This document shows positions 58,973-64,000 of a DNA stretch of 64,000 bases, piece by piece. The translations under genes and the position numbers were made by a program. Source of the stretch: an uncultured Campylobacterales bacterium. Its GTDB lineage: Bacteria > Campylobacterota > Campylobacteria > Campylobacterales > QNZT01. The stretch is taken from positions 905 to 64,904 of the forward strand of contig CAYUEN010000001.1 in assembly GCA_964443745.1 (NCBI GenBank), given 5' to 3'. How positions within the stretch are numbered: the stretch's first letter is position 1; every line of letters starts with the position of its first letter. The notes under the pieces are model-generated. The model was given only the letters and a program-made list of their open reading frames with translations, did not search any database and had not been told where the DNA came from.

Positions 58973-59686
58973 TCAAAGTCCAAGAATCTTTTTGTAGTAG
59001 GCGTCGTAGTTGGAGACGCCGCCGATCAGAGACCCGAGTCGTCCCTTGACCGTTCCGAGGCGGGAATAGAAAGGAAGGGTCGCTTTTTTGGAAGTGCGGA
59101 TAGGGCTTTGCTGAAGTATCTGGAAACTGTTACAGTCGGTAAAATAGCCTCTGTTGTCGATCGCGAAAAAGAGAAGTTCGAAATCGTTCTCTTTGCACGT
59201 GCGTTGAAAATCCTCGACGGTGGGTTTGGCGTTGAATTCCGTGGAGAGACGAATCGCAAAAAGATCGGGGTGGACCCAGTCGATATCGGGATAGCGTTTG
59301 GTGATTTCCTCGTAACTCGCCTTGTCCGGCGTGATCGCAAGAGCGCGATTGTAGAGGTAGTTTAGGATGACGGTGTCTCCCTTTCGGGGCGCGATATTGT
59401 AATCGGGCAACGCTTCTTGTTCGAGCAGATCGAATTTCTCGAAGCGAAGCGTAGCTTTGTCGCCTTTGAGATCGGTGACGATCGCTTTGGCGATGATCGC
59501 GTAGTGGGTGTCGTCGAAATGGCGGATCACGATACCGCTCGCACCTTTTTTGACGCTTTTGTCCACATCTACCGTACCCGTTTTTCGCTCTGTGGAGAGG
59601 AGTTCCGTCTTGTAGGGGCGGATGAAACCGCTTTCGGCCAAAAGAGAGGTGAAAACAAACGCGAAAAGTATCACGATTTTATACAT
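58973..59686 (-). CDS. Conserved secreted protein of unknown function (possibly PgbA N-terminal-like; tentative)
   Basis: 237 aa with signal peptide MYKIVILFAFVFTSLLA|ES. Divergent from the M23 peptidase gene. Confidence 0.7.
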   Translation of the reverse strand: MYKIVILFAFVFTSLLAESGFIRPYKTELLSTERKTGTVDVDKSVKKGASGIVIRHFDDTHYAIIAKAIVTDLKGDKATLRFEKFDLLEQEALPDYNIAPRKGDTVILNYLYNRALAITPDKASYEEITKRYPDIDWVHPDLFAIRLSTEFNAKPTVEDFQRTCKENDFELLFFAIDNRGYFTDCNSFQILQQSPIRTSKKATLPFYSRLGTVKGRLGSLIGGVSNYDAYYKKILGL

Positions 59687-59779
59687 ACAGGATGCCTTTT
59701 TTTGTTTGATTATACTACATTTGGGTTAAAGTTCGGGAATTTTGCTATAATTGCGCACCATTCGAAAAAGGATCTGTAT

Positions 59780-60988
59780 TTGAGGCGATTACTGCTCTTT
59801 TCCCTCCTGTTTTTCAATATTTTGCATGGATTTACACTTACCGATCGACGGGTCGAAGACAAAGTGTGGCATAGTGGCGAGACTTTTCTGGGCTTTTTGG
59901 AAGAAAACATGTTACCGCTTCGACTCTACTACGATCTGGACGACGAAGACGAGAAGATCACGAGCGACATTCGCACCAACACGCTCTATCAGATTCTCAG
60001 GAACGAGGATTACGAAATCGAACAGGTGCTGATACCGCTCAACGAAGAGCTCCAGATTCATATTTTCAAAGATTTGGAAGGCAAGTACCAGCTTGCCATC
60101 GAACCTATACGCTATCAGACGAGGGAGAGAAAGCTGGCGCTCAAACTGCACCACATCTTTTCCAAAGATATCGTCAAGGCGACCGACAATTTTCTGCTGT
60201 CGGTAGAATTGGAGCAACTCTATCGCAAAGTCTTCGATTTCAAACGGCTGAAAAAGGGAGACAGGCTCGCCGTTTTGTATCGGGAAAAGATACGGTTGGG
60301 CAAGTTCTACGGTACCCAGCAAGTACATGCGGCACTGCTTGAGAGCCATGGAAAGAAATACTACTTTTTTCTCAATCCCAAAGACGGGAAGTATTACGAC
60401 GAAAAAGGGAAAACGAAGGAAAAAGACGGCTTTATCGTCCCTTGCAAATACCGCAGGATCTCTTCCGTTTTCACGAAGAAGCGGTGGCATCCGATACTTC
60501 GCAAGTATCGTGCCCACCACGGAATCGATTATGCCGGTGCGATCGGTACGCCGATTCGTGCCGCATACGGCGGAAAGGTGATTTTCGCCGGACGCAAAGG
60601 AGGCTACGGCAATACCGTCGTCATCAAGCACAAAGGGGGTTACAAGACGCTTTACGCGCATCTGCAGAGATACAAAGTCTTTCGCGGAAAGCGGGTGAAA
60701 AAGGGTGAAGTGATCGGATACCTGGGAAATACGGGTCTTTCGACGGGGCCGCACCTGCACTTTGGGCTTAGCCTCAACAACGTCTGGATCAATCCCGCGA
60801 GGAAGATCGTTTTCACCAAAGGGCTGAGCGGAAAAGAGCGAAAAAATTTTATGAAAGCGATCGCGAAATATCGCGAAGAGTTGGAGAAGCTCGAAGCGGA
60901 AGCTTCGGTACAGATCATCGTCGAAGAGGATGAAAACTCTACAACGGCGAAAACCAAATCCGAAACGAGGGAGAAGCGAAATGGCTAA
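59780..60988 (+). CDS. M23-family metallopeptidase (Csd3/HdpA-like peptidoglycan hydrolase)
   Basis: Lies in ORF 59417..60988. TTG 59780 gives the signal peptide (M)RRLLLFSLLFFNILHG and is preceded by AAGGAT. The upstream part of the ORF overlaps the divergent gene. LytM motifs HHGIDYA and GNTGLSTGPHLHF. Confidence 0.85.
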   Translation: MRRLLLFSLLFFNILHGFTLTDRRVEDKVWHSGETFLGFLEENMLPLRLYYDLDDEDEKITSDIRTNTLYQILRNEDYEIEQVLIPLNEELQIHIFKDLEGKYQLAIEPIRYQTRERKLALKLHHIFSKDIVKATDNFLLSVELEQLYRKVFDFKRLKKGDRLAVLYREKIRLGKFYGTQQVHAALLESHGKKYYFFLNPKDGKYYDEKGKTKEKDGFIVPCKYRRISSVFTKKRWHPILRKYRAHHGIDYAGAIGTPIRAAYGGKVIFAGRKGGYGNTVVIKHKGGYKTLYAHLQRYKVFRGKRVKKGEVIGYLGNTGLSTGPHLHFGLSLNNVWINPARKIVFTKGLSGKERKNFMKAIAKYREELEKLEAEASVQIIVEEDENSTTAKTKSETREKRNG

Positions 60989-62351
60989 AGAGTATTCATT
61001 GGATAAGTATATCGAAGTGATCGAAACCTTTCTGGAAGATCCCGAACACTCTCCCTATTCCGATACCGAAGTGGCCAAGGCGCTTATAAAAGTCGCGAAA
61101 GAGGATCCGGAACGTTTTGGAGAGTATCTCAAAAAAATACCGAACGAATATCTGGGCGATATCGCGCTGGAGCTTCCGGAAAAGTACCTGAAGGGGATCA
61201 TCGATCATCTGCCCAACAAAGACCTGGTGGAGGTGGTGCAGGAGCTTGAGAGCGACGATGCGACCGATCTGCTGCAAGATATCGAAGAGATCGATCAGGA
61301 GCGTGCGGAGAAGATCCTCTCCTCGCTGGACAAGGAGGATCAAAAAGAGATCGCCCGACTCAAAAGCTACGAAGAGAACGAAGCGGGTGCGCATATGCAG
61401 ACCGAACTTTTCAGTGCCAATATCGACGAAAAGATACTCGATGCGATCTCCCGTCTCAAACGGCTCAAAAAAGAGGGGGAGTTGGAAAATATCCACCAGG
61501 TTTTCATCACCGGAACGTTCAACAAACTGATGTTTACGATTCCTTTGGAAGATTTGCTCACTTTCGATTTCGAAAAGAGTTTCAGGGAGGAATTGACGGG
61601 TAGGGAAGAGGATTTCAAACCGATCATCGTACGGGATACGGACGATATCAGGGAGGTTGCCCACCTCTTCAGAGAGCATGATCTCTCCGTCGTACCGGTC
61701 GTCAACGAGCAGAACGAGCTGATCGGCCGTATCACCTCTGATGACATCTACGATATCATCCAAGAGAGCGCGACCGAACAGATCTACAACCTCGCCGGTG
61801 TCGATGATGAAGCGGAAGAGGAGGAGAATATCGTCGAAGCGGGTAAAAAACGCGGAATCTGGCTTTTTGTCAATCTGCTGACCGCGATTCTCGCCTCGAT
61901 CGTGATCCAGATGTTCGATCAGACGATCCAGGCGTACGTGGCGTTGGCGGTATTGATGCCGATCGTCGCGTCGATGGGAGGCAATGCCGGTACACAGACG
62001 CTGACCGTTACGGTACGCAGACTCGCGCTGGGCGAAATCGATCTTAGCCATGCCAAAGAGACGATCAAGAAGGAGGTGTTGCTTTCGCTGGCGAACGGTT
62101 TCGTTTTCGCGTTGATATTGGGGGTCATCGCGCTGATTTGGTTCGGACAGCCGCTGTTGGGGATGGTCATCGGCGCCTCCATGGTCATCAACCTCTTCGC
62201 CGCCGGATTTTTCGGTGCGATGATACCGCTGGTTCTCAAGCGTTTGCATATCGATCCCGCGGTCGGCAGTTCGGTGATTTTGACGACGGTGACCGACGTT
62301 GTAGGTTTTTTCAGCTTCCTGGGGCTGGCGAATTGGATATTGGTGAAATAA
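60981..62351 (+). CDS. mgtE: Magnesium transporter MgtE
   Basis: Lies in ORF 60930..62351. The Met at 60981 (MAKEYSLDKY). MgtE_N domain, a CBS pair, and a TM domain with MPIVASMGGNAGTQ. Confidence 0.9.
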   Translation: MAKEYSLDKYIEVIETFLEDPEHSPYSDTEVAKALIKVAKEDPERFGEYLKKIPNEYLGDIALELPEKYLKGIIDHLPNKDLVEVVQELESDDATDLLQDIEEIDQERAEKILSSLDKEDQKEIARLKSYEENEAGAHMQTELFSANIDEKILDAISRLKRLKKEGELENIHQVFITGTFNKLMFTIPLEDLLTFDFEKSFREELTGREEDFKPIIVRDTDDIREVAHLFREHDLSVVPVVNEQNELIGRITSDDIYDIIQESATEQIYNLAGVDDEAEEEENIVEAGKKRGIWLFVNLLTAILASIVIQMFDQTIQAYVALAVLMPIVASMGGNAGTQTLTVTVRRLALGEIDLSHAKETIKKEVLLSLANGFVFALILGVIALIWFGQPLLGMVIGASMVINLFAAGFFGAMIPLVLKRLHIDPAVGSSVILTTVTDVVGFFSFLGLANWILVK

Positions 62352-62352
62352 G

Positions 62353-62913
62353 ATGGTGGAGATACTGAAGATCGAACCGGCTCGAAAGACGCGTTTTATC
62401 AAACCCAAGATCGTCCACTATCTGCAGGATGGGGTTTCCAAGACGTGGGAAGTGGTCGAAACGTACGACAGTGTGGCGATTTTGCTCTACCACAGAACGA
62501 AAGAGGCGTTCGTGCTGGTGAGGCAGTTTCGACCCGCGGTCTATCTGAAAAACCATGAAGGGTATACGTACGAACTCTGTGCGGGTCTGGTGGACAAGAA
62601 GAAGCCGCTGGAGGTGATCGCCAAGGAGGAGATCCTCGAAGAGTGCGGATACGACGTGCCGGTTTCGGATATCAAGATCGTCAACACCTTCTTTACGGCC
62701 GTCGGATTCGCGGGAGGAGAGCAGACGCTCTTTTATGCGGAGGTCGACGATACGCTGAAGGTGAGTGAAGGAGGCGGAATAGACGAAGAGTCGATCGAGG
62801 TGGTCTATCTGCCCGTTTCGGAGGCGAAGGCGTTCATCTTCGATACCGCCAAAGTCAAGACGCCGGGATTGATGTTTGCGTTTATGTGGTTTTTCGAGCG
62901 TCATTCATGTTGA
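62353..62913 (+). CDS. NUDIX hydrolase (nucleoside-diphosphate-sugar pyrophosphatase type)
   Basis: 186 aa with Nudix box GLVDKKKPLEVIAKEEILEECGY. Confidence 0.85.
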   Translation: MVEILKIEPARKTRFIKPKIVHYLQDGVSKTWEVVETYDSVAILLYHRTKEAFVLVRQFRPAVYLKNHEGYTYELCAGLVDKKKPLEVIAKEEILEECGYDVPVSDIKIVNTFFTAVGFAGGEQTLFYAEVDDTLKVSEGGGIDEESIEVVYLPVSEAKAFIFDTAKVKTPGLMFAFMWFFERHSC

Positions 62914-64000
62914 TCTCGAAAATATTCTCTCCCCTTTCGTGGCGGTAGCCGAACTTGAAACCGTGCGCTTCCAGGATCGATTTGACGATATAGAGTCCCA
63001 GTCCGAATCCATGATCGCGTTTGTGCTCTTGTGAGAAGGGTTCGGTGTAGTATTCCAGCGGATGAGAGAGGGGTGCTCCCCTGGATCTGATCGCGATTCT
63101 TTCGGGTGTAGCCTCGATCGTGACGGTGTGGTCGGGGCTGAATTTGATGCCGTTGTCGATCAGGTTTTTCAAAACCGTCGTAAAAAGCGAGGGATCTACG
63201 TCGATCAGAAAATCTTCGAACGCCGTTTTGACGCACTCCTCCCTCTTTTCATCCAGCAGCAGCTGTTTTTTCGCCGCTTCGACCAGTTTGGCAAAACGCA
63301 CCTTTTTTCGTTTGAGTTGTTCGATATGCGAAGCGATCTTTTCGACCTGGGCCAGTTCGGTGATGATCTCGTTCATCCGTTCGAACGCCCGGATCAGCGG
63401 CTCTCTGTTTTCCTCCTCCTCGACCATCTGCGCGAGGATTCTCCCCTTGGTTATCGGTGTTTTGAGTTCATGCATCATGTTGCGCATAAAAAGGTTTTTG
63501 GATGCGATCAAGTCGTTGATATAGGTGATGGCTCGGTTGAAACTGTCGGCGATCTTTCCGATTTCGTCGTTGCCCTCCTTCTCGATATGGATCTGTAGAT
63601 CCCCCTCCGCGAACCGCTGAATCTGCCGATCGAGTTTGCGCAAAGGAGCGAGCTTTCGTATGAACGATACGTAGATGAAGATCAGCATTCCCAGAATAGC
63701 CGCGAAAAAGAGCATCGCGATCGCGATATCGTAGTTTTTGGAGCGGGTATCCTTGAGTAGCAGGTTGTAGCCGTATTTTTGGATATAGATGTAGTAGATT
63801 CCGTCCAGTTCGAATATCCTGACCCTCCCGAAGTAGGACTCTTTCAGGTATCGGGTGGTTGCCTGGGTGATGATTTTGAGCTTTTCGTCACGGGAGGTGA
63901 TCGGTGTGACATGGAAACGTTTATAGAGGGATTGGAGTTGTTCCTGGGTGGGGGAGAGTTCGAAGCCTGTCAGAAACAGATCGGAAATCAGGGTGTATTT
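62882..64000 (-). CDS. Sensor histidine kinase (C-terminal about 370 aa; N-terminus beyond the right edge)
   Basis: ORF 62882..63715 continues without a stop to 64000 when read by hand (…KYTLISDLFLTGFELSPTQE…YDIAIAMLFFAAILGMLIFIYV). A TM is followed by a HAMP domain. H-box MHELKTPIT, N-box LKNLIDNGIKF, G2 GFGLGLYIV. Confidence 0.85.
   Translation of the reverse strand, partial: KYTLISDLFLTGFELSPTQEQLQSLYKRFHVTPITSRDEKLKIITQATTRYLKESYFGRVRIFELDGIYYIYIQKYGYNLLLKDTRSKNYDIAIAMLFFAAILGMLIFIYVSFIRKLAPLRKLDRQIQRFAEGDLQIHIEKEGNDEIGKIADSFNRAITYINDLIASKNLFMRNMMHELKTPITKGRILAQMVEEEENREPLIRAFERMNEIITELAQVEKIASHIEQLKRKKVRFAKLVEAAKKQLLLDEKREECVKTAFEDFLIDVDPSLFTTVLKNLIDNGIKFSPDHTVTIEATPERIAIRSRGAPLSHPLEYYTEPFSQEHKRDHGFGLGLYIVKSILEAHGFKFGYRHERGENIFEINMNDARKTT

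Noticed and set aside
59417-59779. Upstream 121 codons of the ORF that contains the M23 peptidase
   Set aside because: This part overlaps the divergent secreted-protein gene (58973..59686). It has no signal peptide. TTG 59780 with an SD yields a proper signal peptide and the expected length of about 400 aa.
60996-62408. 470-aa minus-strand ORF antisense to mgtE
   Set aside because: Shadow ORF. The sense strand has unmistakable MgtE N-domain, CBS and TM motifs. The same reasoning applies to 7088..8023, 12574..13548, 19922..20935, 26888..27871, 34326..35399, 35757..36713, 48938..49930 and 51489..52364.
1-64000. Search by eye for tRNA/rRNA genes, CRISPR arrays, IS elements or transposases, integrases, prophage genes, toxin-antitoxin pairs and known defence systems
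   Set aside because: None was recognised. Intergenic regions are short, the longest being 280 bp. No spaced direct-repeat arrays, no T-loop-like GGTTCGAATCC motifs in intergenic DNA, and no recombinase-like translations were seen. A covariance-model or HMM scan would be needed to be definitive.

Overview
This is a densely coded chromosomal window with about 60 CDS. By eye I found no rRNA, tRNA, CRISPR array, IS element or transposase. Gene content and local synteny suggest a moderately GC-rich member of the Campylobacterota (epsilonproteobacteria); this is an inference, not a database result. The supporting features are pheST-aroA-ispH-rpsA, cytochrome c553, pycB/oadA next to pckA, comEC-yihY-glcD, a Csd3-type M23 peptidase, and an SQR. 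The blocks from left to right are as follows. (1) Three minor-pseudopilin genes (gspH/I/J-like, minus strand) lie at the left edge. They are divergent from an OmpR-type response regulator and histidine kinase operon that ends in a translationally coupled small c-type cytochrome. Next come a small secreted Cys protein, cytochrome c553 and an ankyrin-repeat protein. (2) oadG-oadA-oadB plus pckA (the oxaloacetate/PEP node), then argH, a CAP/PR-1 lipoprotein and a HIT protein. (3) Housekeeping genes pheS, pheT, aroA, ispH, rpsA and serA. (4) A TolC-MFP-RND efflux operon whose RND pump is encoded as two half-size genes. (5) A REC-GGDEF-EAL protein convergent with gspG, followed by a type II secretion row gspK/L/M/N-like-gspC-gspD-gspE-gspF. 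(6) rpe, trpF and a DnaQ-like exonuclease. (7) A minus-strand run of uvrB, ppk1, a gamma-carbonic-anhydrase-like protein, an M20D amidohydrolase, an unusual RsbW-like ATPase-GNAT fusion, SQR and a small membrane protein. (8) Two type IV pilin genes, priA, ispG, dnaB and comEC. (9) yihY, glcD, a secreted protein, an M23 peptidase, mgtE, a NUDIX hydrolase and a partial histidine kinase at the right edge. The observations most worth a second look are the kinase-GNAT/amidohydrolase pair, the split RND pump with its own SD and a natural His6 tract, the two-component operon with a Met-less cytochrome and an 11-bp tandem-repeat operator, and the two-locus T2SS. All calls rest on reading the translations and sequence by eye. 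No searches or computations were run.
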